Source: Azolla caroliniana
Lineage: Eukaryota > Plantae > Polypodiophyta
DNA: 64,000 nt
NCBI GenBank assembly: GCA_043228905.1
Contig: JBHGNT010000011.1
Coordinates: 7,130,001 to 7,194,000 of the forward strand
Direction: 5' to 3'
Within the stretch, counting starts at the first letter, position 1; every line of letters begins with the position of its first letter. Under the pieces are notes generated by a model. It saw only the letters and a program-made list of their open reading frames with translations. It was not told the origin of the DNA and did no database searches. Positions 24,619 through 37,214 of the stretch are shown piece by piece. The translations under genes were made by a program, and so were the position numbers.

Positions 24619-26884
24619 CATTTGCGACTCACTTAGCTCCATCAACATAAACATTGAAGAGGACGAAATGGTGCAAGTGTGCTTGGGCGGCCTCGCACAA
24701 CAGTTCGACCCGATAAGGACCACGTCCAAACCAAGACCAAGATGTCGGAAGGACAAATGTTTTTCTCGAATTCGGATGGTGGCTGAGGACAAGGTCGAGG
24801 CGGTAGAAGAGGTCGATTCAGCCCATCTCACAAAGGGAACTCAAACCTTCGACAAGAAGACGGAAACCATCGAGGAACCTTCGGAAGAAGGGGGAGCTTC
24901 CATGCCGAACAAGGTCGGCAAATGTGGCCCATTACTTGCAACTTTTGTGGGAAGGTCGGCCACCGCGAAGAGGAGTGTCGAAAGAGAAGAAGAAAGAAAG
25001 AAAGAAGAGAGTCGGCTTCCACAAGCCGACAACTCACAAACTACACCACCAACTCCGAATGTGACGACTGCAATGGACTATTCGTAATGAAACATAAAGC
25101 AAACTCTATGTCGGCATCCGAATCCACAAGCACCTCCAACTCGGAAGACGTGTGATTCGTCGCCTCCGGCGCCTCATATCATATGACGTCACACCAAGAG
25201 TGATCTAGTGACGTAAGAACGTCAGATCGACCTAGCTACATAGAGACGGGAGATGATACCACACATCCCATTCGGCACATCGGCAACATTCCATTTGGCA
25301 AAGACAGCAAAAACAATTGCATCAAGAATGTCTTGCACGTGCCTACAATAACAAAGAATTTGGTCTCAGTAGGCCAAATCGTGGAGCAAGGAATGCAAGT
25401 TCGTTTCAACAACGAAGGATACTTTATAGAAAAAGATGGCTGACTCATAGCTAGGGGACAGAGAGACGGCCGAATGTTCATTCTCGATTCAATCGAGATA
25501 AAATTGACCATGTATGCCAAAGGTCTAAAAACCAAGACGAACATCGAGTTGGGGCACAAGAGAATCGACCACATCAACCTCCAACGGCTCCGAGCTATGC
25601 AATCAAAGGGAGTCATCATCGGACTTCCGACCTTTGAGTCTAAATGAGTGGACCAACTGTGTGAAGCATGTCAACTCGGCAAACAACATCGACTCCCATT
25701 TCCAAAGTATGAGGTACATAAGCAAATGCCTCCTTGACGTCATCCCCTCTGATGTATGGGGACCGTCCCAAATGCCGAGAATTGGAGAATTTCGGTACTA
25801 CGTGACCTTCATCGACAACTACTCCCGCGACATGTGGATCTTCCCGATGAAGAAGAAGAGTGAAGTGCTCTCCCACTTTCAAAAAACTCAAGAGCCGAGT
25901 CGGAAAAAAAACCGGTCGGCACATTCTATGCCTACGATCGGTTGGAGGCAAGGAGTACTTCTCCAATGAATTCATCTCCTACCTCCAAGGTGGAGGCATC
26001 CAAAGAGAATTATCATGCTGACACACACCTCAACAATATGGAGTAGCCGAAAGAAAGAATAGGCACATACTCAAGGTAGCACGCGCCATGATGCATAAGA
26101 AGCACATGCCGAATTTCTATTGGGCCGAAGCGGCATCCACGGTCGTCTATCTCATGAATCGATGCACCACTAATGGAGTGCATGAGCTAACTCCATACGA
26201 GCTCTTTGTTGGAAGGAAGCCAATCCTTACACACCTCAAAGTGTTCAGAAACATTACATATGTACACATCTCGAACGAAAAACGATAGAACCTCGACGCG
26301 AAGTTGGAGAAATGTATCCTCGTAGGATACTCGCCTAAGCAAAAGGGATACAAGTGCTTCAAGCCTTCGACCCGAGTGGTTCGGGTAAGTCAGGACGTAG
26401 GCTTCGACGAATCGACATCATGGTATGAGCTTGATTCGGCTCCATCCGAACCGAATGAGGAAGAGTTGGACGTCAACTCGGATAACGACATTCGGCCATG
26501 GCCTGTACTACAGGAAAGTCCAAGCTCAACCATGGTGAACGGACCATAAGAACCTCCAAGCACCGAAAGCATACCTCAACCAGGGGCCGGCTTGGACAAA
26601 GGCAAAGGTAAGATGCCCAAATATGCAGTCAACCACCCCAATGAAAGTGGTTCGGATGTGTCAGCTCACTCACTAGACAGTGAGTTTGGTGTACCCATTA
26701 TACGAACACCCAGAGTACAAAAGACGCTCACGTCGGCAAACAAAAAACTTTGACACTCATTTCGAGAGAAGGACCCGGTCACTCGGTTCGGCTACAACGA
26801 GTATATGTCCCATCATTGTGCCTTCGTGATGAAGGTCACAGCCAAACAAGAGCTTGAAAGCTTTACAGAAGCTGCTCATGACCC
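24619..26884 (+). pseudogene. Copia A gag C-terminus, PR and INT (degenerate)
   Basis: EDEMVQVCLGGL, CNFCGKVGHREEEC, decayed protease FVASGASYHMT, SDVWGP, KCILVGYS, FGYNEYMSHH. Confidence 0.88.
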
Positions 26885-27257
26885 TGTCAGGAATAGTACT
26901 AAAGCAGAGATGGAATTAGTACTAAGAAGAGTAGTACTCTTAGTACTAAGAGGACGGGACTGCGTACGGTTCCCGAGAGAGGAAGTGAGAAGAGGAGAGA
27001 GAGATAGCGAGGATGAGAGAGAGAGAAAGATGATGACAACAGTTAATATATTATGTGAAAAGATAAGTACAAAGCGGCTGAGAGGCTTAAGATTGGCGTT
27101 GAACCAATTTGGTTCAACATAATGCCTAGTGCCTTCTTTTATAGTGTTGTTAGGAGTAATCCTGAAACTTCTAGAATGTTCCAGAGAAATCTGGAATATA
27201 CATTATTTTCTTATAATAAAACATAAATGAAAATAATATCGTATGAATTACAATAGA

Positions 27258-27323
27258 TGTTGTGATGGTTAAGAGCTCGACCCATATATCATAAGGTCAT
27301 GGGTTCGAGTCTTGCCATATCAT
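27258..27323 (+). other. Degenerate tRNA-like module at the U3 start of the G LTR (second copy about 32486-32551)
   Basis: TGATGGTTAAGAGC...AAGGTC.TGGGTTCGAGTC with tRNA-like spacing from D-loop GG to T-loop GTTCGA. Confidence 0.5.
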
Positions 27324-27338
27324 GACACTATCTCCCCT

Positions 27339-30300
27339 TTAAAGACGACGAGTGGAACGAGTCGGCGTTGACTGCGGACCAGGTTTGTCCGGATACTTTC
27401 GGTGAAAATCAGCAAGCAGATCCTGAGCATTGGAAACATGCTCGACAAGTTCCCAAGTGCGTTCGCTCGGACTATAACCAACCCAATCGACCAAATAATA
27501 AAGTTTGTTGCGAATAAGTTTGGAATCGAGGATGGCCGCAACTTCATACTTTGGGCCGGCGTCCAACTCCAGCGGGGGCGGCGGTGGTGTAACACGATCG
27601 GGAATGGTGTTTTCTTTATAAGGTTCAAGAAGAGAACAATGGAAAACCGGATGTATCTGAAGCTGCAGAGGGAGATCAAGGCGGAATGTGACATCATTAA
27701 CTTTACCCGTAATACGGAAAGTACTGAGTCGTCGATAATCCAACTTGTCGCACGGTCGAGTAGTCTTGATGTGACAACGTAAGAGCCATACTCGATCTCT
27801 GATGGCAAAAGAGGAGTGAAACCGATGATGATCCACGTAAGTCTTCTATGTCTGTTGAGCATGACGAAGATGAGTCGAGAGATCTGTCTGGATCTTGCGT
27901 AGTCTCTCCAAATGATCCCCGGCACGAGGATTGGTAGGTAGCTTAGGGGTGTCGATTACCGACCAGCGAGGATGAGATCCGGTATAAGCGTAGAATGGGG
28001 AGACTCGAGTCGAGGAGTGAACAGCATTATTATACGCAAACTCCGCAAAGTGGAGAATCTCGGCCCAATCGTCGTGTTGATAACTCAAGAAACACCGGAG
28101 ATATTGCTCCAGCGTTTGGTTTGTTCGTTCTGCCTGCCCATCGGTCTGAGGATGGTAGCCGGAGGAGAGGTTGCAAGGACCTTGAGCATCTTGAAGAGAT
28201 GCTGCCAAAATTTGGAGACAAATTGCGGTCCTCGGTCACTGATGATATTGTCTGGGAGGCCATGATGCCAAAATACCTCACGCATGACTAGGGCGGCGGT
28301 TTCCTCGCTAGTGATGGCCTTAGTACACAGAACAAAATGTGCCATCTTCGTATATCGATCGACAACGGTTAAGATAGTATCGAACCCCTGCGAGACCGGC
28401 AGATCTGTGATAAAATCAAAACAAATAGACTGCCACGACTTACTTGAAATCGGTAAGGGTTCCAACAAGCCATATGGATGGTGTCGTGGCATCTTTGCTC
28501 GGCAGCAAGCATCACAGGTCCGAACGTAGTTGTCGACAAAATGGCGCATGTGGGGCCACCAAAAAGATCGTTGCACTAGCTCCAACGTCTTAGTACTACC
28601 GAAATGTCCCGCCGTATGGGTGTCGTGACAATGTTGGACGATTTGAAGGCGACAGGAGCAATCGGGGACATATACACGCTTTTTAAAGAATAACAAACCA
28701 TCATGATATTCGAATTGTCGGTAGTCAATACCTAGTTGTTGAGACTGAGAACAGGATGCCCGAGAAGTATCAATGTGCGCCAGGATGTCTTGAGCAAAAC
28801 TATCCGTCTTCAAGTTTGCACGTATGTCATCGATAATCTGTGAATCCCTCGGGGTGTGAAAAATCCGCTTCGTGTGCAATCGTGTTGGTCCCAAGATTAC
28901 TTGCTTTTGATTATCAAATGTTGGATCACCAGGACGAGGTGCAAGATATGAACGCCGTGATAGTGCATCTACTTTTCCTTGCTGCTTCCCCGGTCGATAT
29001 GTGATTTTGAAGTCGAAACACGTGAGGAATTGTGCCCACCGAGCTTGCCGTCAATTTAGTACGTGAGCATTCTGGAAATAAGCAAGATTTTTGTGATCAC
29101 TAAAGACAACGACCTGATGTGGAGAGCCCTCTAAGAAATGCCGTCATTGCACAAATGAATCCACGATGGCTAATAACTCCTTGTCATGTATTTCGTAGTT
29201 GATTTCCGCAACATCGAATTTGCAAATGGAAAGCCAGCGGATGCAACTCTTCTTTATCTCCTTGTTGAGAAAGGATGCTACCGAGGGCGAAATCCGAAGC
29301 ATCGGCCTCCATGATGAATGGTTTGCTAGTATCCACATGAGCTAGAATCGGTGTTGATGTAAAGGCTTTCTTAAGATGCCGAAAAGCCATATCTGCTTCA
29401 ATGGACCAAAGAAATGCTTGGCCCTTCTTCGTAATTTGTGTGAGGGGTAGGATAATCTTCGAGTAATCCTGTATAAACTTACGGTAGAAGTTAGCAAAAC
29501 CTAGAAAACATTGTACATCTCGTACTGACCGTGGAATTTGCCACTCTAGTACAGTTTGGACTTTAGCTGGATCCATGGCGATGCCCTTTGAGGAGATGAC
29601 GTAGCCTAGAAATTTCACTTGCTTGCAGTCAAAGCTACATTTTTCTAGCTTGGCATAAAGACCATTCTCGCGGAGTCGCTTTAGTACTAATAGTACATGA
29701 GAATCGTGCTCTTGCTGGGTCTTCGAATAAATCAATAGATCATCAAGATAGATGATCAAACAGATATCCAAGAGGTCTCTGAATATATCATTTGCCATGT
29801 GTTGGAAGACTGCGGGTGCATTGGTTAGGCCGAACGGCATAACAGTATACTCGAAATGCCCATACCGCGTGCGAAAGGCGGTCTTCCATTCATCTCCCGG
29901 TCGGATCCACACGAGGTTATACGCTCCTCGTAGATCGATTTTGGTAAAAAACTTGGCACCATTAACTCACTCTAAAAGACTTGATATAAGAGGAAGTGCA
30001 TACCTATTCCGGATGGTGACCTTATTCAATCCGCGGTAATCAACGACGAGACGAAGTGAGCCATCTTTCTTCTTGATATAGAAGATGGGTGCACCGGCCG
30101 GAGATTTCGAATGACAGATGAACCCGCTTGCCAAGTTCTCCTCTATGTAGGCTCGAAGGACTTCTAACCCGGGGTGGGTGACAAGTTGTAAATTGGTCCC
30201 CATGGTGGCTCGGTTCCTAGTTGTAAATCGATGGGACAGTCATAGGGACAGTGATGAGGAAGGGTACCGGCTTTTATTTTGTCAAATACATCGGCATAAG

Positions 30301-32063
30301 GATGATATTTTGCCGGAAGTTATACTAAGGAGTCCTTCTTAATAGTGCTGGAAGGATGTACTAATATTGCAAATAGGAACATTGCCTCCTTGTGTCCTTC
30401 TTCGCGTATTTGATGGAGTGAAATGGTCGAAACTCGGTGAGTAGATTCTTGGGGTGGTCGATATCGAACTTCTCTTGTTCTCCAATCTATGGCCGGATTA
30501 TGTAATTCAAACCAAGGTAATCCTAGGACAATGGGATGCTTTGGACTACTAATTATATTAAATGATATTACACACACAAAACTACCTAGGACAACTTGAA
30601 TGGGTTCTGATTCTTCTACAATATTCCCGGAAGCAATGGGACGACCATCAATGACTACTACAAATGCGGGACAAGGAAGTTTTCTTAGGGATATCTGAGA
30701 AGCTTGGGCAAAATTTCGATCCATGAAACAGGAATTAGCTCCGGAATCTAAGAGTGCTAGGACGGGTACTGGGGGAGTACTTTTAGTACTAACAATGACT
30801 TGGGTTAGGAACACATTGCTAACTTGCTTGGAAGGAATGGAACCACTAATGAGCTGTACAGATCTAGGGCTGTTGTCCAACCAAATGGCTCCTATTTTGG
30901 CTGGACTCAATCGTTTAACTCTTAATCTAATTGACTAAGGATTTCAAATTTGTTTGAGATACTTGGGCTATTAGTACTATAAATACTATCTGACACTCTA
31001 TTAGTACTATTAATACTATCAGACACTCCGAAGGGAAGAATTGACTCAGATTTAGTACAAGCGACGATTTGATTTACCCGTCTTCTTGGCCTATGGGGAC
31101 AATTGATGGCGATATGCCCTGGTCCACCGCAATAAAGACATAATCGATTGTCACGTGGTCGTTGCTTTTCTTCTTCCGATAACGGGCCGCGTCGATGCAT
31201 GGTGTCGATCTCCATCGGTGTCGGAATATTGGCTTGGGGTACATCGCGTGCAAACGGTTTAGCCATGACTGAGGCGTATATGGGTTCCGGCCGAGAGCGT
31301 GGTATTTGTAACTGACGCTCCGAACGTCGTTCGAAAAGGCGGTTATCGCATCGGACCGCTCGATTGATTGCCTCTGTAAGAGACTTTGGTTCTTCGGGGA
31401 AGGTTAAAAGCATATCTTTGACATCATTGCGCAAGCCGTAGCGAAACTGCTCCATGAGGGCCTGATCATCCCAGGGAATATCTGAGGCGAGTAGACGGAA
31501 ATCCGCCGCGTAGGCAGAGGCTGGACGATCGCCTTGACGCAATCTTCGGATCTTGTTGATCGTCGTCCTGATGCTGTCGGTATCTCCAAAGCAGGCTTTA
31601 AACTCACCAATAAAATCTTCAAAGTTATTAAGCAAGGGTGATTGTTTTTCTAGAAGCGGAGCGAACCATGCCAAGGCTGAGCCGCTAAGTAACGTGCCTA
31701 TTAGGCCGACTCGAGATGCATCAGTGGATATCAGGTAGGATGCATCTGGATGACTAAGCGTACCTGATTAAGGAATCCCCGGAATTGCGATCGCCTTCCA
31801 TCAAATTTCACAGGAAGTCCAATCTTGGGCTCTTTATGAAATCCTTGGGGACTTGATCCTTGTTGTTGCAACGCTGCTTCAAGTTGTTGTACCCGTAATG
31901 CTAACTCCCCATGTTGTTGTTGCGTTTGTTGTTTTTCGAGAGCGATTTGTTGCAGATCCCCTATCAACTGTTGGTTTTCTTGTTCCAGGGCAACAAACTT
32001 TTCTTTTAGGCATTGTAACTCGAAGAAAACGGATTGATATTCTTGGGCGCTAACAGTAGCCAT
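27339..32063 (-). pseudogene. G gag and pol (PR, RT, RNaseH, INT, chromodomain) with stops and frameshifts
   Basis: CLYCGGPGHIAINC, LLDSGAN, YLDDLLIYS, EADASDFALG, HTAGHFG...CDAC, SDRGPQF, GQAERTNQ. Confidence 0.92.
30863..30919 (-). promoter_or_regulatory. Putative -1 ribosomal frameshift signal between G gag and pol
   Basis: G TTA AAC heptamer, 6-nt spacer, 11-bp stem GTCCAGCCAAA/TTTGGTTGGAC; pol is in the -1 frame. Confidence 0.7.
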
Positions 32064-32748
32064 AGTATAGGGAAAAGGGTAGGAGGAAAGGAAGAAATTG
32101 GTTCAAATTGTCAGGAATAGTACTAAAGCAGAGATGGAATTAGTACTAAGAAGAGTAGTACTCTTAGTACTAAGAGGACGGGACTACGTACGGTTCCCGA
32201 GAGAGGAAGTGAGAAGAGGAGAGAGAGATAGCGAGGATGAGAGAGAGAGAAAGATGATGACAACAGTTAATATATTATGTGAAAAGATAAGTACAAAGCG
32301 GCTGAGAGGCTTAAGACTGGCGTTGAACCAATTTGGTTCAACATAATGCCTAATGCCTTCTTTTATAGTGTTGTCAGGAGTAATCCTAAAACTTCTAGAA
32401 TGTTCCAGAGAAATCTGGAATATACATTACTTTCTTATAATAAAACATAAATGAAAATAAATCATATTTTATGAATTACAATAGATGTTGTGATGGTTAA
32501 GAGCTCGACCCATATACCATAAGGTCATGGGTTCGAGTCTTGCCATATCATGACAAACCCCCGATGGGTAGCATCCATGGATGTAAAGATGCAAGCACTC
32601 GGCCTTCGACCATTTAGCGCTACAAGCCTTCGTCACAGGCTTGAGGGGGTAGAACCAAAACTGCCATGAAAATGCCAATGTCGAAAGCCGAACAACGCTG
32701 AAAGCAAAATCGAATGTCGGAAGCCTCACACTTGAGATTGAGGGGGCG

Positions 32749-33210
32749 TGTTGAGATATCAAGCTCAACTAGGTTTAGTTATTTGGTCAACCATGTAACT
32801 TAGTAGTTACATAATTAGAATCTAGTTAGAAGTGTTGACCTTAAAGACTTAAATAGGATTTTGTACTTAGTGGGGATTCATTCTAGATCCTCCACTACCA
32901 AGTTCATTAAATATAGGACTTACATCCTCGTACCTATATTCTCCTCACATATGTGCACCCTTGCACATGAGATGTATATATACCTCATTGTGGGTATCTT
33001 TGTTCTTTGATGCTTATTAATATAGAGAAAGGTCTTTAGCTACACTCTTGTTAATCATCCCAATTTATCTTATTGCTCATAAGTGTGTCTTCCTCTCACA
33101 CACAAACATACACATATCACATAATCTTCCGTTGCTTAATCACATATGTGATTAATTAGTCGCATAATTAGTTACTAATTAACCCTTAGTTAATTACCTA
33201 ATTATTAACG
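32749..33210 (+). repeat. 3' LTR of copia A
   Basis: TGTTGAGATATC after PPT TTGAGGGGGCG; ends ATTATTAACG; matches 121-370. Confidence 0.9.
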
Positions 33211-34218
33211 ATAGGGATGGGAAATATGGTCGATGCTCAATCTTGAAGATTTTTAGGCCTTGTGACCCAAGATGCTTATTTTGCATCTCATTTGATAATG
33301 GATCTATTTGGCATAAGTTGTAGAGTATATCAATGATGTGTTATCCTTTACCTATGAGGAACTATGGCTAGATGTGGAAGACTCACTTTTTGCAAGAGAC
33401 CAATAAAATTGTGTACCACTACTATATAGAGTCACTTGAACGATTATCATCCAAGGTTGAACAACAATGGCATGTGAGTAGCTTTGATAAAAATGATGAT
33501 ATTAGGTCTTGTATCGTAGTTAGCATTCTAAATTGCCATTTCAATTGAAGTTCTTTATTTGAAGAGTGGTAACTAGGGTTCTACCTTGGTATTGGCTCTA
33601 AAGATATGTGGAATGACAACATTCAATTACTTTTTTGCAGAAATCAGTTAGAAGAAAATCCTCACTTTTTCATGCAATATCTATTTGTTTGTCATAATTT
33701 TGGAATCACATATTTGATTTGGTAGGTTTTGTCACGTTGTTACTTTATGCTAAGACTGGATGTTTGCACAATTTACATAGCCTCACCTAAAATCATATGT
33801 CATTTTTATTTGTTTGGGGTATTGAGAATTGCATTAAAATTGGGATATGCACAATGCTTGCATATTTGATGGTATGGAAATTGGAGGGGTGCATTAATGT
33901 GGAAATTTTGTTTATTAGAGTATGTGGATTTTCTCTCCGCATAGGGTTTTTTCTTCTCGCATAGTTGTACTTCAATGTGCCCCACACTACCCAGAAGCAT
34001 TGATAGTAAATTAGTTTTACTAGAATTATAGTATTTTTTACATGCAATCAAAATAGTCGTGTGTTTTCACCAAACAAAGATAGAGAGAGAACTATCTTGA
34101 GATTTAGAAGGAATCTTTCTAGGAGCTACACCTATGTGGTCTATGTAATTGTTTGAATGTGCAACAAAGTCGTCCCTTGTGGAGAATTTGCGATATTACA
34201 ACCACCGTGATGGATGTT

Positions 34219-34650
34219 CAAGGTGAATGGAATGAACGATGAAGGATGAGAGAGGCCTAGGTCTCATATGTTGAGTTACCTTGAGGGTGACAACAAGACC
34301 ACATTCACTAGCCAACATCCACCTCTAATTAATGACATATTCCAACCTCGTTGCCAAACAATATTCCCTCTTCTTATTTGTGTTGTGTGTCAAAGAACAT
34401 GTCTAGGTCTTCCATAAATGTTTGAAATATGTACATGGATACAAGGTGAAAGGAATGAATGATGAAGGATGAGAGAGGTCTAGGTCTCATATGTTGAGTC
34501 ACCCCCAAAGTGACAACCGAGCCACATTCATTGACCAACATCCACTTCTAATTAATGATCCATTCTTGCTAGTTCAACTTCTTATTTGTGTTGTGTGTAA
34601 AAGAACATGTGTAAGTCTTCCATAAATGTTTGAAATCAGTACATGGATAT
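34219..34650. repeat. Tandem duplication of about 220 bp
   Basis: AAGGTGAA.GGAATGAA.GATGAAGGATGAGAGAGG...GTACATGGATA present twice in tandem. Confidence 0.88.
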
Positions 34651-37178
34651 TCACTCAAGAAAACATAGATATTAAAATTTCCCTATTTTTTAAAGAAGAA
34701 ATCCTTATGTTTCAGTAAGAAAAATAACCACATTTCCCATTTTCCACTAAGAAAAATAAGCACACCACCTCATGGCACTACTCAAAGGACATGCCCAAAA
34801 GTAAGGTCTATTTCTTTGAAACTATCAATAGTAGTACCTGCTAATATTTTAAACACTTATTAATGTAGGCCGACTATTTGTTATGCAGTATTCAATGTCA
34901 AGATTTAAGAATTCCATTGGTCCTCCATTAGTAACAAATTAATCCTCACCACTTTTATCCTACTTCTAAATGTTTTAATATTTTAAAACAAGGATCATAA
35001 ACTAAAATAACCGATCGGTTAGTTTGTTCCCCACAGATGTTTGTCGAGCATGATTGAAAAGAGATAAAGGTAGACGGGGAGGGTATTCTGATGATGATTA
35101 TGAGAATATGTGAAGGATGAAGAGAAGAGGAAAAGACAAAGACAATGCAAGTGCAAAATATGGTACAATGATTATGTTCAAATCCGTGCTCATGATAAGG
35201 TTGGCTTCATTTGTTTGTCCCGTGTGTCACAATTTGTGAACATGTGTATTGTGTACGAGTTAAACGATGTTGATTTAATATTAAAGATACGGAAGAGTTG
35301 TCTCCTCGATTACCATTATAAGAGAGCCAAGTATTGTTATTTATTATAAGAAGGTGGATTGCCAATAATGGAAGAGAGAGAGACAATGAGTTCGAGGTTA
35401 GACTCTGAATTAATTAATCCTTTGATATATAAATATATCGATCCATTCATTCATTTTCGAAAGAAAACATCGTGCAACCATCTTAACCCCAATATGCAAA
35501 AGTCACATACTAATACTTTTAGTGATGCCATTATCCATCGTATTTTTGAGAAACAAATTTAATAGTTTTTTCAACACGATCATGCTTTTTGAGGACCCAT
35601 ACGTATTTATATATGCTTGCAAAATAATGTAATCATCAATGGCCAGAGTTTATAAAATGCGCAATTATGGAGTACTAAAATGCTTTCGAGGACCACGTGA
35701 CATGCATCATATATTATATAATACATTCAAATGTAGAATTGCGCATATATCTAGGGACCATATTATTGTATAGCTCTCTATATCAGTTTTTGAAACTTTA
35801 AACGTACTAGTTACTCATTTATCTTTACAAATGATGCTAGGACAAATTTCTTTTCTATCACACCTCACAATATATAGTGCTAGTGATGTCAACCATTCAC
35901 AAAATGCCTTTCTAGCCAAACTTCCTTGTTTAACATTACGGCAAACAATAATATCGGAGGGGCTATATATTAAAATACAATATGAAACCCATGGTTTAAT
36001 TACCAACCATTGGATTCAGGTATTTTCGGATGGATGTTATTCATGTAGCTATCATTCAATTGTTATGTGGTAGAAGATGTCCTTTTGCTAATGGATTGTT
36101 CTAGTAAGCTATCTTATGTTTAGCAGACTCAAAAATCAATATGGGATCAAACAGGTTAGTTAGATATGCAATGTACATCGGAGTCATTATCATTATCTTG
36201 TTGTGTGGTAAATACAATTATTTTGGTGGTGTAATTGGTAGAGTGGACTCTTGCATGCACTATTGTGTCAGCTATTGCGAGGCGAGATGATGAAGACATG
36301 TGATTGTATAGCATGAACCCTTACAACATGTAAGCATGTTGCCAGCTCTCTCAAATCACGCGGAGTATACATTATGGAGAAAATCATCATCTTGACAATA
36401 CAATGACACACATAGGTTGCATTGAATTTTCAGTATTTGACTTTTGTGTTTTATTGTGTTCATTCTACTATTAATGATAAATAAATATACAATGTACTCA
36501 GGTTTGTTGTCAATATCAACATTTCCAAAGAAGTTCAAAACATTTGGATACTGAAGTTTGGAATTACACGGGTTATGAATCTTAGTCTAATTATTCTTAG
36601 AGTACTTTTTAAACTTTAGATTTAAACGTGTGTCGTGTGTTAATAATATGTATTCTAGAATCTCTATAACAATATTGTTTATATAATTTCATCCACACAT
36701 ACACATGCAAATATATAGTTTTTTCTCTTTATCTATTAAGCGGATTTTCTCATTTAGTTCAGCTTTGGTTACAAGAAGGTGCTAAAATAAACCATGCCAT
36801 GAAAGTTTTTGAATCTTGTTTAGCATTCTTTAAACTTGATGCAGTGAACGTGCATGCCATGTACGATTACCTAGAATCTAGAATATGTAGAACAATAGTA
36901 TAATGTGTATATATGTATGTGTGTATGTACACGTACATATGTTCTTATAATGTCAATATGAACTTGTAGAATAATCGTGCTTGACTTGTTATAATCTTTG
37001 TCTAGACTCATATAATAATGTGCATGACTTTTCGGAAACAAGGTGTCATAGATCACCAAAATGCTCCTCAAATTTTGAAGTTGCAAGTTGTAGACATTTA
37101 TATTACAGGCATATATACTAGTAACTACCAAGTTGGAAAGATCTACCAATGGAACAAAATCAGACAACTAACTATACA

Positions 37179-37214
<36 letters not shown>

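Larger units (their letters stand above)
26885..32555 (-). mobile_element. Ty3/gypsy chromovirus G, Tcn1/Tf1-sushi-like, nested in A
   Basis: LTRs 26885-27327 and 32109-32555; TSD GACCC/AACCC (1 mismatch); PPT next to 27327; no tRNA PBS; gag KEPKIGLPVKFDG; chromodomain YEVAAILDSK...YYLVDWVGY...RTWE. Confidence 0.93.
121..33210 (+). mobile_element. Ty1/copia LTR retrotransposon A (outermost host of the nest, degenerate)
   Basis: 121-370 aligns with about 32964-33210; PBS at 371; gag at 539-934 resumes at 24619 (IKI-KS-ICDSL) across TSD AAGAG; PR/INT 25150-26430; PPT TTGAGGGGGCG before the LTR at 32749. Confidence 0.9.

Noticed and set aside
26805-27122. ORF repeated at 32098-32346
   Set aside because: Spurious translation of the G LTR, repeated only because the LTRs are duplicated
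33211-33700. Coding-like decayed sequence flanking the A LTR
   Set aside because: No recognisable motif could be recovered by eye
36222-36260. A-box-like GGTGGTGTAATTGGTAGAG
   Set aside because: No B box at tRNA spacing downstream
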